64,000 bases of DNA from Eledone cirrhosa (taxonomy: Eukaryota): contig OZ024741.1 in assembly GCA_964016885.1 (NCBI GenBank), positions 281,728,001 through 281,792,000 on the forward strand. The letters run 5' to 3'. The stretch's first letter is position 1, and every line of letters begins with the position of its first letter. Positions 1 to 12,295 of the stretch are shown here, piece after piece. The notes under the pieces were generated by a model. It was not told where the DNA came from. It did not search any database and saw only the letters and a list, made by a program, of their open reading frames with translations. Both the position numbers and the translations under genes were made by a program.

Positions 1-159
1 TTGACACTGCATTATGAATTAAGGGGAAATTATTCTTGTTGCAATGGAGTCATAGGGTTGATGTTCTAACACACTGCATGTCTTGGACATTTCAAAACTG
101 ACAGAGCACCTCTCTCTCTCTCTCTTTCCAGTTGATTTCTTTCAAAAACAGAACGAATC

Positions 160-240
160 GACCCCTGTAATTAACTGGTATTTTATTATTTATTGAGGAT
201 GAAAGGTAAAGTTGACCTTGGCAGCATTTGAACTCAGAAT
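160..240 (-). mobile_element. tRNA-headed SINE fragment (family A)
   Basis: Reverse complement contains TTCTGAGTTCAAATGC (B-box) followed by GGTCAACTTTACCTTTCATCC and AAAATACCAG, matching many other copies in the window. Confidence 0.75.
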
Positions 241-445
241 ACAATATGTCGGATGAAAATTCTCATGATAATTTGTTCTAACATCAACTATGTTTCAGTG
301 TGGACAGTGCTTTTTGTCATGTCACCAGCATGACCACATTACAGGGTGGATTGGGAGCTTTTTGTTATGCCACCAACATGACCATGTTACAAGATGGAGT
401 GGCACTGGATCAACATACAGATTTTTCCTTCAGTATGTGGCTTAA

Positions 446-740
446 CTCTTTTGTTACTATATTTCTAATGAAAAACACTGCCATAATTTTCAAATCAATT
501 TGATAATAATCAAGCTGGTGTTTTGAACATAGAGGTTCTTACTTAAAAATATGGTGGAAAGATTTTTGTATCAGATTTGTATCATATAACCAAGGGCTGT
601 TTCAGGGGGTTTGGAACATAACTTAATAAATGTCCTTATATAAAATTATGATTGATAGTATTTTAGATAAATAAACAATTTAAAACAAACAGTATTGTAT
701 CATAGAAGCAGAAGTTTCAGGTGGGTCGGTATCAAAAGGG
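446..740. mobile_element. piggyBac-like MITE (family P1)
   Basis: TTAA at 442-445 and 741-744; termini CTCTTTTG and CAAAAGGG; internal motif ATATTTCTAATGAAAAACACTG shared with many copies. Confidence 0.75.
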
Positions 741-1234
741 TTAAATTAAGCAAAGATATGTGCCATTAAAAAAGCTAGCTAAAGTAACCATACATTTATC
801 ATAAATTTAAACATTTTTTCATGTATAATAACTGAAAGTCGACTCCAAATAGATATCAAACTGAGCATTTTTAAATAAGCTAATGTTGAATTTTTTGTTT
901 GTTTTTATTTCTTATTCTTTATTTTTTAACAACTTTTATTTGAAAATAATGAAGTCCTATATATATAAACAACTTTTTACCAACATAAACCTATACAACA
1001 ACTAAAAAACAAAACCACAAAAAAAAGATCTTTTTTTGTATTTATTTCTTTTTGATGATGTATACTATGTAGGAACTGAGTTGGAAGACTGACATGTTTA
1101 TTTCAGCTGAGTTTTCCTTTTTCATAATAAACAAGGGGTGGGGGGAAATTGTTTTGGGTTATATTTGTTTTAGTTTTTTTATATAGTTTTTTTGTTATTT
1201 TTAGTGTATCTTTTTAAAAATTATTTTTTGGGTT

Positions 1235-1390
1235 TGGATTAGCAGAATCGTTTGAAGGTTGAAGAGAATGTTTTAAAGTATTCAGGTATTCTGTCTGCAC
1301 TAAGTTCAAATCCTGCCATGGCTCTCAAGTTTGCTTTTCACAATTCTGAGGTCGATAAAATAAGTAGCAGTCAAGTACTGGGGTCAATGT
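1235..1390 (+). mobile_element. SINE family A, diverged copy
   Basis: AAGTTCAAATCC B-box and GAGGTCGATAAAATAAGTAGCAG core. Confidence 0.7.
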
Positions 1391-1455
1391 GTACAAGCTG
1401 GAGAAAAAATTTCCAAACTGACAACTGACATGTGCTTTGATTAATAATTATTAAT

Positions 1456-3223
1456 CACCGTGTAACATTTTTCGTTCCCTGGTTCTAAGTATCATTTCCT
1501 GGTTTGTTATATCCCATTTGGGTAGTTGCTGGCCTTGTGCCTAAAGTAGAAACAATTATTATAAAAAAAACACTATTATTTAATCAGAAGTTTGGGTTTG
1601 TGGTCAGGAGTTTGATATTTCAAAATTTTCATATTTTTCAAGAAAAAACACATTTTTTTTAAATTTATCAGTTCATATAATTAAATCAACAGAGTATATA
1701 TTTATTTTATTACACAAGCTTATCAAAAGCAAACAAGTAAAAACAAATAACACTTATAAAGCAACTTATACACGTCAGAAACAACTGGATTTCCTGGATT
1801 TGCGGTTGTAGCCCAGGTCGCATTCCCGCACTAGCCCCCAGATGTAGTCCCCCATCATTTTTTCTTTGTAGTGGCCCTGGTACCTCCGCTCTATCTCTTT
1901 CACATCTTGGTGGAATCATTCGCCTTGTTCTTCTGAGTAGGCGCCCATATTGTCCTTGAATTTTTCCAAGTGAGCGTCCAGCATATGAAGTTTAAGCGAC
2001 ATCCTGCACCAGTTGCTGGTAGTTTTCAGCTCTGTAATTGCCCAGGAAGCCCTTAACAACTGCCTTGAAACAGTTCCATGCTGTTCTCTCAATCCTATTG
2101 AGCTTATTGGAGAACTCGGTAGACTCAAACACCTTCTTTATCTAAGGTCCAACAAAAATTCCACCTTTGATCTTGGCCTCAGATAAATTGGGGAAGAATT
2201 CAAGAAGGTACTTAAAAGCGGCTGATTCTTGGTTGAGAGCCTTCACAAACTGCTTCATCAACCCAACTTAATGTGCAGTGGCAGCATGAGCACAATCCTG
2301 GGATCAACCAGTGGCTCCCACATGACGTTCTGGGTCCCAACTACAAATTATGTTTGCTGCTCCCAGTTCTTTCTTTTGTAGTGGTCAGAGGTAGCTCTGC
2401 TGTCCCAAAGGCAGAGGAAGCATTGGAATTTGATAAAGCCTCCTTGGAATCCAAGCAGCAAAGCCACCATCTTGAAGTCTCCAATGATTTCCCAATTGTA
2501 CTGGTTGTATTGCAGAGCTTCCAAGAGGACTTTTACACTGTAGTAATCTTCCTTCAGGCAGACGGAATGAGCTAGGAGCAGTGTCGGGAACTTGTTTCCA
2601 TTGTGGAGGAGGACAGCCTTCAAACTTGTGGTGGAGCTGTCTATAAATAGCCGCCACTCCTTGGGCACAAACGGCACTCCAATAATGTCAAACAGTCCAG
2701 GCACGTCATGGCAGAAGCAGAGGCCATTCCTAAGAGTGTAAAAGCCTGAGAAAGGTTCATGTCGACTTCTCTGACTTGTCACCTGCACTTCCTCCTTGAC
2801 CAAGTTCCACTGCTTCATCCTGGAGACGAATAGCTCTGCATTGGACTTGGTCAGACCCATATCCCTGACTTCTTTTTAGTTTGGGAAGTGAGGAACTTTT
2901 TCTGGTACCCCAGTATCAATAAATCTCTTTAATCCACTTTTTAACAATTTTATACTTTATTGCACTTTTATAATTTTCTTTACTTTATAATTTTAATTTA
3001 ACCTGAAACATATATTAAAAAAATCATTTAACATAAGCAAATTAAACTTACATACAACGTAAAATCCAGCATACAAATATTCTAGTGAATAGCTTAGAAT
3101 GTTTACAAACCCAAACTTTTAACTGTTTAATAGCACTTTTTTAATTTATTTGAGACCTAAGCAACACAAAAAAAGTGATTACAAGCCAGGAACAGAGAAA
3201 AAAAATGTTTTTGTTACACTGTG
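1456..3223 (-). mobile_element. Chapaev-type (CMC superfamily) DNA transposon, internally deleted
   Basis: TIRs CACCGTGTAACA (1456) and TGTTACACTGTG (ends 3223); both ends flanked by TAAT; transposase remnants inside. Superfamily call rests on CAC...GTG ends and motif recall. Confidence 0.75.
1790..2900 (-). pseudogene. DDE transposase pseudogene (Chapaev3-like)
   Basis: ORF pieces with WRLFIDSS..SLKAVLLHNGN, GDFKMV, CFLCLWDSRA, LHIKLGLMKQFVKAL, MSLKLHML and SEEQGE*FHQD, broken by frameshifts and stops; N-terminus missing. Confidence 0.8.
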
Positions 3224-4203
3224 TAATCACATTATTTTAGTATTTTTTTTAAAGGCTTAGTTTATCTTAGTTGTTTTTTTTATAGTTTATGTGTAAATCA
3301 TCCGACAAAATACTTTGCAGCATTTAGTTATAGCCTTTCATGTTCTGATTTCAAATCCCACCAAGGTCAATTTTATCTATTTATCCTTCCAAGGCCAATA
3401 AAATAAGAACCAGTTAAGTATATAATTTTCCCTCCACACAAATTGCTGGAATTGTGCCTAAATCCAGTTTTTTGTTTGTTTTTCTACATTGTTTTTCTAT
3501 GTTTTTTTACAAATAAAATCAAGCAAAACATTATTGGTTATTAACTTTTAGTTAACTCCTATAATTTGACTTCTTCCTTCCCGGCCACCACTATTTCTAA
3601 TGAAAAATACTGCCTGTGATTTTCAAATCATTTTGAAAATAAAGATTTGGAGAGATTTAGTAATATAGGTCAATTTCTCATTAAGCTCATGTTTGGGACA
3701 TAGCAAAGGTTCATACATAAAATTATGATGGAAGGTTTTAGATAAATATAAACTATTTTGTATCATAGAATCAATATGCTTTGTGGCATTTGTTTCAGCT
3801 CTTTATGTTTTGAGTTCAAATCCCACCAGGGTCAACTTTGCCTTTCATCCTTCAGGGTTAGATAAAATAAAACACCAAGTTAAGAATTGAAACTGATAAA
3901 AATCAACTTTCCCTTCCCTCTCTTAAATTACTGGCCTTGTTCCTAAATTTGAATTTTTTTTTTCTTTTTTTTCTTTTTTCTATAAACAGAAAAATGAAAT
4001 TAAGCAAAATATCATAGGTTATTGATTTTTAGTTAACTCCAATAATTGCCTTTCTTCCTTCCACAACAAAAAATAACCATGTTGAGATACTGTAAGACAG
4101 TTATGAGCAAGCTGCAGCCCATGAGCTGGACGCAGACTGTTTGGTTTTTTGAATGACACACCTAATGAATTGCTTTTAGTATTGCAGCTCATCTTATAAT
4201 GAA

Positions 4204-4718
4204 CCATATCTCATGTAGCCCACTGCTAATAAAAGGTTGCCTAAGCCTGATTTACTCTATACTACTACTAGTCATATCTCATATAGCCCACAGCTTGTAA
4301 AAGGCTGCTCATCTCTGGTTTACACTATAATACTACAGTCATATCTCATGTAGCCCACTGCTAATAAAAGGCTGCCCAGGTCTGGTTTACACTATAATAC
4401 TACAGTCATATCTCATGTAGCCCACTGCTAATAAAAGGCTGCCCAGGTCAGGTTTACACTATAATACTACAGTCATATCTCATGCAGCCCACTGCTAATA
4501 AAAGGCTGCCCAGGTCAGGTTTACACTATAATACTACAGTCATATCTCATGTAGCCCACTGCTAATAAAAGGCTGCCCAGGTGTGGTTTACACTATAATA
4601 CTACAGTCATATCTCATGTAGCCCACTGCTAATAAAAGGCTGCCCAGGTGTGGTTTACACTATAATACTACAGTCATATCTCATGCAGCCTACTGCTTGT
4701 AAAAGGTTGCACAAGCCA
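4204..4718. repeat. 67-bp minisatellite, about 7.5 copies
   Basis: Unit GTCATATCTCATGTAGCCCACTGCTAATAAAAGGCTGCCCAGGTCAGGTTTACACTATAATACTACA; unit starts at 4338 and 4405 give a 67-bp period. Confidence 0.95.
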
Positions 4719-4831
4719 GCAAAAGAAATTTGTATTTCTACAAGGATTGAACTAGCCCTTCCTGTTGTTATCTTTCAACAGTAGACTTGTATTTTATGTA
4801 AAAATGTAAACTATAACAACCATACAATGAT

Positions 4832-5058
4832 GTTACACACACGATATCCCACACATTATATTACACACGTCATATTCTATACACTATATTCCACACGCAC
4901 ACACGATATTACACGTGATATTCCACACACAGTATTACACACACAGTATTACACCCACGATATTACTCACACAGTATTACACACACGCGATATTACACAC
5001 GTGATATTTCACACACAATATTATACATACAGTATTACAACCGCGATATTACACACAT
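4832..5058. repeat. Degenerate short tandem repeat (CACGATATTACACA-like, about 13-15 bp)
   Basis: Recurring ATATTACAC/AGTATTACAC motifs. Confidence 0.8.
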
Positions 5059-5226
5059 GATAAACAGGATTCATTAACATAAGGTATAAATCAATATTCA
5101 GTGACTACTGGGTCTACTGTCAATGAAACTTGAAGAACTATGTACACGTTCTAACAATAATTGGAAAGTCATTAAGAATTCAAAAGAAGGCAACTAAAAT
5201 TAACAACCCGTACACATTGAAGGCCG

Positions 5227-5448
5227 CACACACACACAACTACACTTACACAAAGACCTGAATACAGTCACACACACACACAACTACACTTACACAAAGA
5301 TCTGAATACAATCAGACACACACACAACTACACTTACACAAAGACCTGAATACAGACACACACACACACACAACTACACTTACACAAAGACCTGAATACA
5401 GTCACACACACACACACACAACTACACTTACACAAAACCTTAATACAG

Positions 5449-5482
<34 letters not shown>

Positions 5483-6410
5483 CTACACTTACACAAAGAC
5501 CTGAATACAGTCACACACACACACACAACTACACTTACACAAAGACCTGAATACAGTCAGACACACACACAACTACACTTACACAAAGACCTGAATACAG
5601 TCACACACACACACAACTACACTTACACAAAGACCTGAATACAGCCACACACACACACAACTACACTTACACAAAGACCTGAATACAGTCAGACACACAC
5701 ACAACTACACTTACACAAAGACCTGAATACAGTCACACACACACACAACTACACTTACACAGACCTGAATACAGTCACACACACACACAATTACACTTAC
5801 ACAAAGACCTGAATACAGTCACACACACACACAACTACACTTACACAAAGACCTGAATACAGCCACACACACACACAACAACACTTACACAAAGACCTGA
5901 ATACAGTCACACACACACACAACTACACTTACACATAGACCTGAATACAGTCACACACACAACTACACTTACACAAAGACCTGAATACACTCACACACAC
6001 AACTACACTTACACAAAGACCTGAATACAGTCACACACACACAACTACACAAAAACCTGAATACAGTCACACACACACACAACTACACTTACACAAAGAC
6101 CTGAATACAGTCACACACACACACAACTACACTTACACAAAGACCTGAATACAGTCACACACACAACTACACTTACACAAAGACCTGAATACAGTCACAC
6201 ACGCACACAACTACACTTACACAAAGACCTGAATACAGTCACACACACACACAACTACACTTACACAAAGACCTGAATACAGTCACACACACAACTACAC
6301 TTACACAAAGACCTGAATACAGTCAGACACACACACTACACTTACACAAAGACCTGAATACAGTCACACACACACACAACTACACTTACACAAAGATGTA
6401 AACAGTCACA
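5227..6410. repeat. Compound minisatellite: constant ~30-bp core plus variable (CA)n, roughly 27 copies
   Basis: ACTACACTTACACAAAGACCTGAATACAGT repeated with CA runs of varying length. Confidence 0.95.
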
Positions 6411-7415
6411 CACACATACACACAGCTGCACTTACACAAAGACCAAAACACAGTTACACTTACACAAGGATGTAAACAGAGTCACACATACACAGAACTA
6501 AATACACAGTCATGCACATACGCTGTTATATTTATACAATGACCTAAACACACAGGCATACACCTACACGTACAAAGACCTGAACAGTCATAAACACACT
6601 CACAGAGTCACACAAATACCTAAACATACCCTCCATACACACACACACAGGCATAGTCATAGTCTCACACACACGCACAGTCCTACAGAGCCAGTTATTC
6701 ACACAGTCGCCCATACATGCACACACAGCCACACACAAAGTTTGACTCAAACAGAAATGAAAAAAAAACAAAAATGATGTACCTAAGTGCCACTAAGATC
6801 AATACAATAACACCTGAATAGTTATTGATATGCAGGTGTAAATATTTCAGGTGTCAAAGTATTTTGCGTGTAAATATTTAGAATGGATCACAAGATAAAC
6901 TCAAACTCATTTTTTCCCCATCTGAGTGGATTAGAACACTGTTAAATAAAGTATCTTGCTGAAGGACATAACATGCTGCCTGGTCCAGAGATGAAACCCA
7001 TGATTAGAAGACAATCAGAAAGGTATGATGCATTGTCATGATTTCTATTAACAGAAATACTGTAGTGTGATGCCGGTACTCTCACAGGTACAGTGCCCCA
7101 CTGAAAGAGGCAGAGTTCCCCTACCACTTATCTAATGATGGGTTCCTTCATTAGGTAAACAAGCACTGAAAACTGAGACAACTGTTTATTGGAGTTTACT
7201 TTTCAGTACAATCACCATACATATTTCTCAAATGGATCTTTGTGTGACTCCCACATGGGTAGTTGCCAGGTACTATGCCTTGCCAAAGGGCAACCTGGGA
7301 TTTGGTCCAGGGCTCTTATTTAATATAATCGCAGCTAACCTTCATATCTGAAAGTCGTTTCTTTATCTGCCACCTGTGAACCTGGTGTTATGAGAGTTAT
7401 CTTTTCTACAACTTA

Positions 7416-7795
7416 TTCTTGGGTCCCAAATAATAGGAGAGGGGGATAATAAGCTGGGGTGGGTGGAAAATCAGAATTTTTTCTAGTTAGTCTCTCTGGA
7501 ATTTTTTTTAAAAACCAGAATTAGTCATTTAGTTTACATATTGAGACCCCAACCCATCTTATTCATTTTATAACATGAGATTTCTTCTTGTAATGTTCTT
7601 TTTTGTCATGTATAATGTTTTTTCATCTCTAAAGAAAATTAATTATTGCAAGACTGCTACCACTAATAATAAAATTTCGCTGGAGATAGATTAGCAAAAT
7701 TTAATAAATGGGAGGTGGGGTTGGAATAAGAATGGGCGAGAGGAGTCTGAAAAATGAATTAGTGAGAGGGGGGGGGGGGGTTCAAGACCCGAGAG
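7416..7795. mobile_element. Putative TA-flanked MITE
   Basis: Imperfect TIRs TA-TTCTTGGGTC ... GACCCGAGAG-TA. Confidence 0.4.
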
Positions 7796-8209
7796 TACCT
7801 GAAATTCCAAATGATATTAAGAGAAAATAATTTTTTTTTAAAATATGATCACCATTTCTTTTATGTCATGAACAGCACAAGGGTCTCTCAAAAACTTACC
7901 ACAGGTGCCCTGCCAGTGGGACTGAAATCAGCACCTCATGAGTGCAAAGCAAATTTTTTAACCACACAACCATAGTTTCTTTTTTCTTCGTTTTTGTTAT
8001 TTAGTACAGGTTCACCAGTCATGTTTTTGTTTTAGAGACCAACCACAACATGTTCTTGAAGATGACATAGATTGAAGGCAGGGGAAATTCAGGCAGCAAA
8101 GCCTACAGGGTGAGCTGGAAGAGGAACATCTATCTATGTTCAAACTGCTATAGGGGGTTGTGTATTTTTATGATTGTTGCTCTTGTCCAAAAATAGATAT
8201 CATCATTAT

Positions 8210-9160
8210 CATCATCATCGTTTAACATCCATTTTCCACGCTAACATGGGTCTGGACGGGAATTGTCCCACTTGAGGAAAGATTGGTTGTCTTGCTCAGG
8301 ACTGTCTGGCGGGTTTTCTACGGTTGGATGCCCTTCCTAACACCAACCTCGTTTACAGTGTGGGTCTGGGAGGTTTTTACTGTGTTACGTACACGGCCAC
8401 ATTACAGCGTGGACTGTGTTTTATTGTCGTGACACCTACACGTCTGGCGGGTTTTCTACGGCTGGGTGCCCTTCCCAACACCAACCACGTTTACAGTGTG
8501 TACTGGGAGGTTTTTACCGTGTTACCTACACGGCCACATTACAGCGTAGACTGTGTTTTATTGTCGTGACACCTACACGTCTGGCGGGTTTTCTACGGCT
8601 GGGTGCCCTTCCCAACACCAACCACATTTACAGTGTGTACTGGGAGGTTTTTACCGTGTTACCTACATGGCCACATTACAGCGTGGACTGTGTGTTTTAT
8701 TGTCGTGACACCTACACGTCTGGATGCCCTTCCTAACACCAACCACGTTTACAGTGTGGACTGGGAGGTTTTTACCGTGTTACGTACACGGCCACATTAC
8801 AGCGTGGACTGTGTGTTTTATTGTCGTGACACCTACACGTCTGGCGGGTTTTCTACGGCTGGGTGCCCTTCCCAACACCAACCACGTTTACAGTGTGTAC
8901 TGGGAGGTTTTTACCGTGTTACCTACACGGCCACATTACAGCGTGGACTGTGTGTTTTTTTGTCGTGACACCTACACGACCTCATTTGTTTCGGACTGGA
9001 TGTTGTGGTACCAACATAACTTCACATTTAAGGGGGTGGTGTGGATGGGGTGGCGGTAGTGGGACGGGGGTGTATTCTGTTAGAGGTGCCTACTGACTAG
9101 GTTTCGCTTTGTACTTAGGCAAGGTGGGTCTTTTGTATAACTGTGTAGCGCCAAAGATCT
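8210..9160 (-). mobile_element. 5'-truncated RTE LINE 3' end (long-UTR type) with internal ~137-bp tandem amplification
   Basis: Minus strand reads DLWRYTVIQKTHLA*, then a UTR homologous to 43209-43585, then an ACCCATGTTAGCGTGG stem and (GAT)n tail; about 5 tandem units at 8305-8980. Confidence 0.85.
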
Positions 9161-9702
9161 GTGTTAAATATACATAAATAGATATAGAAATGTATATAGA
9201 CAGACACAGGCAAACAGACAGATAGATGTTGTTTTGAGTTGCTGGGCCACTGGCCACCTTGTCAACACTACGTGGGAGGGGGGTGGGCAGATATTAAATT
9301 AACTAATGTGTGTATGTGTGTGTGTGCGTGCGCATTTGTGTTTGTACAAATAGAATGTAGAGAACCAGATTTGAGTTTTAAATACAATGTAGGAATTAGA
9401 TGATCCAGCAGGGTTTATCCTGTAAACTTTGTGGTAATTAAAAGTAAGTTGATATAGCCATTACAAGGTAAAATCAACAGCATTGACAACAAAGCAATAA
9501 CATTGGCTTTATTCTGTATATTGAGTGGAGAAGAGTTGAAATTTAATATGATGTGAACATAGAGCAAGTAGGTAGATGTTTTGTGGTTTTCCAACAGTAC
9601 ATGCTATATTCAACATTTCAAATAATTCAAATACATTATCATAGTGTCTACCAGAACCAATAGAAAAAAATATTTCAAATTATATAATGTATATTATATA
9701 AT

Positions 9703-11144
9703 TTGAAAGTTATGAAAGTGGCTGAAAGGATTTTAGCACAACTAATTAGAGAAAGGGTCAAACTAGATGAGATGCAGTTTGGTTTTGTGCCTGGGAAGAG
9801 TACAACAGATGCCCTCTTCTTGGTGAGACAATTGCAAGAGAGGTTCTTAGAGAAGAATAAGCCACTATACTTAGCCTTTGTTGACCTAGAGAAGGCCTTT
9901 GATAGGGTACCCCGATCTGTCATCTGGTGGTCCCTAAGGAAGCTAGGTGTTGAGGAATGGCTTGTGAGGACAGTGCAAACTTTGTACAGAGATACTCTCA
10001 GTAAAGTCAGGGTAGGAATGGAGTTTAGTGAGGAATTCCAGATACAAGTAGGAGTACATCAGGGTTCGGTCCTCAGCCCGCTCTTGTTCATTATAGTCCT
10101 CCAAGCCATAACAGAGGAGTTTAAGACTGGCTGTCCATGGGAACTTCTCTATGCTGACGATCTGGTTCTTATAGCAGAATCAGTAGAGGAGCTAGAGAAT
10201 AAATTCTGGCTATGGAAACAGCAGTTGGAAGCAAGAGGACTGAGAGTGAATCTAGCTAAGACAAAAGTGTTGATGAGTAGAAAAGAGGACAAAACCCTGA
10301 TTTCGTCAGGGAAATGGCCATGTTCGATATGCAGAAAAGGAACTGGCATAAATTCTATAAAATGCACACAATGCAGATCCTGGGTACACAAGAGATGTAG
10401 CGGGATAGCAGGCAAACTAATAGGTAGGGAGAAATATGTATGCAGTAGATGTACAGGGAAATTAGACAGTAGAAGTCGCATTGATAGACACATTTTTCAA
10501 ATGCAGGAGGGCGCTATAGAAGTGGTGGATAGCTTCCGGTACCTAGGAGATCAGATTAGCATGGGAGGAGGGTGTTCCGAGGCCATAGTATCTAGAATAA
10601 GGATGGGTTGGAAGAAGTTTAGGGAGCTGCTTCCTCTGTTGACGAAGAAGGATTTCTCCCTGCGTACGAAAGGCCGGTTGTATGATGCCTGTGTGAGGAG
10701 CGCGATGCTGCATGGTAGTGAGACATGGGCAGCAACTGCAGAGGACATGCGACGGCTGGAGATAAATGAGGCAAGCATGCTCCGTTGGATGTGCAGTGTA
10801 AATGTGCGTGAACGACCCAGCTTAAATGTGTTGAGAGAGAAACTGTGTCTGAGAGGGATAGAATGTAGTGTACAGGAGAGGAGACTGAGGTGGTATGGAC
10901 ATGTGATGCGCATGGAGGATGACCGATGGGTGTAGAAGTGCCAGGAATTGCCAGTTGAAGGAAGACGTGGTAGAGGTAGACCACGAAAAACATGGGCGGA
11001 GGTGGTGAGAACAGACCTCAGATCATTGAAGCTCACGGTGGAGATGACGAGGGACCATGACGAGTGGAGAGATGCTGTGCTGAATAAGACCTGTCCCACC
11101 CTTGCAAGCAGGGAAAAGCGGACGTAAAATAATGATGATGATGA
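9703..11144 (+). mobile_element. RTE-clade LINE, 5'-truncated (RT, PHD-like finger, C-terminus, short tail)
   Basis: QFGF, FVDLEKAFDRV, GVHQGSVLSP, YADD, FRYLG, HGSETW, LRWYGHV and GRPRKTW motifs; one premature TAG at 10933, frame continues to TAA at 11125-11127; (GAT)n tail; possible TATATAA TSD. Confidence 0.95.
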
Positions 11145-11232
11145 TATATAAGACAAAACAATAACTGCAATAACACATGATTATTGGGAAGTGCTATTAA
11201 GACATCAAATTAATTAGTTTCATATATGGTAA

Positions 11233-11350
11233 GGTGCATGGCTTAGTGGTTAGAAAATTTGGTTCATAATAGTGAGGTTGTGAGTTTGATTCCCATACAG
11301 GGTGATGTATTATGTCCTTGAGTGAGATACTATATTCCATGTTGCTCTTT
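11233..11350 (+). mobile_element. tRNA-headed SINE (family B)
   Basis: TGGCTTAGTGG A-box, GAGTTTGATTCC B-box, TGTCCTTGAG body; related copies at 21720-21875, 22520-22625 and 26370-26500 on the minus strand. Confidence 0.7.
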
Positions 11351-11575
11351 CAACATGCAACTGGTAGATAGTATCAGAAATGGAAAGACCAATGGAAATA
11401 TTGTTTCTTTGGTTTGATTTTATCAGTAAGCAAATGAGGTTGGATCTTGTTGATCGTAAAGAAAAAAAGAGGTAATTTTATTACTCATGTGACTGTTTAT
11501 GTTGAGCAGTTTATAAAAAACTTGATCGGAAAATTGCGCTGGCTTTGTGCCTCTACCATTAAATCAATCTAATTC

Positions 11576-11611
<36 letters not shown>

Positions 11612-11617
<6 letters not shown>

Positions 11618-11668
11618 GCCTCAAAAGTCACTATCCACCAAAATAGATAGTAACTTTTGAGATCCTCA
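11612..11668. mobile_element. Tiny palindromic mariner-like MITE inside (TA)n
   Basis: AGGGTGCCTCAAAAGTCACTATC and GATAGTAACTTTTGAGATCCT form an inverted pair. Confidence 0.55.
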
Positions 11669-11704
11669 TTATATATACACACACACATATATATATATAT
11701 ATAT

Positions 11705-11757
<53 letters not shown>

Positions 11758-12175
11758 AGAAATGTTATCAATCAGGCAAATGGCTTACTACTTTGTGGAA
11801 CCTAAATGGGATTAAAGGAGGGTCTAAGATGGGTGAGTCACTCCCATTATCAAGATAGCTCTGAGCTCTATACTGAATCAACAATTAGTTGCTCATATCT
11901 GAAATGTTTCTTGACAGTCAGTAATGTAGTTTTATCAACACTGATAACATAGGAACAAAGTATTATTCTCTGTTAAAATGTTTTCATTTTGTTATTTAGT
12001 GTATTACCTAGCATCATATAAAATATGCTTTTAACAAATTCTCAAAATGACTAAACTGGAAACTGGAAAATATTAAGAGTATGAAGGCTAGAGTGTATTG
12101 GATGGGTCATCCATCTTGCACCATACTTTGGCAAAAATTCATTCATAGTTCTCCAAGGCTCTTTTTCCACATGCA

Positions 12176-12295
12176 AGCATGGCTGTGCAGTTAAGGAACT
12201 TGCTCCTTTAGGTTCCAATCATATTGTGTGGCACCTTGGGCAACTGTCTTCAGTAGCCTTGAGTTGACCAATGCCTTATGGGTGAAATTTGGTTT
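12176..12295 (+). mobile_element. tRNA-headed SINE (family C, CORE-like body)
   Basis: TGGCTGTGCAGTTAAG head, GGCACCTTGGGCAA, GTTGACCAATGCCTT; related copy at 56140-56270 (-). Confidence 0.65.

Noticed and set aside
5227-6410. CRISPR-like constant repeat with variable spacers
   Set aside because: The spacers are only (CA)n, there are no cas genes, and the context is eukaryotic.
6945-7030. Exon-like stretch ending AAG|GTATGA
   Set aside because: It matches the reverse complement of SINE family B (compare 21770-21830).
8324-9096. Overlapping repetitive ORFs
   Set aside because: Antisense translations of the tandem UTR unit.
10149-11156. Antisense ORFs over the LINE (also 43649-45557 and 56488-58121)
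   Set aside because: Shadow frames of RT coding sequence.
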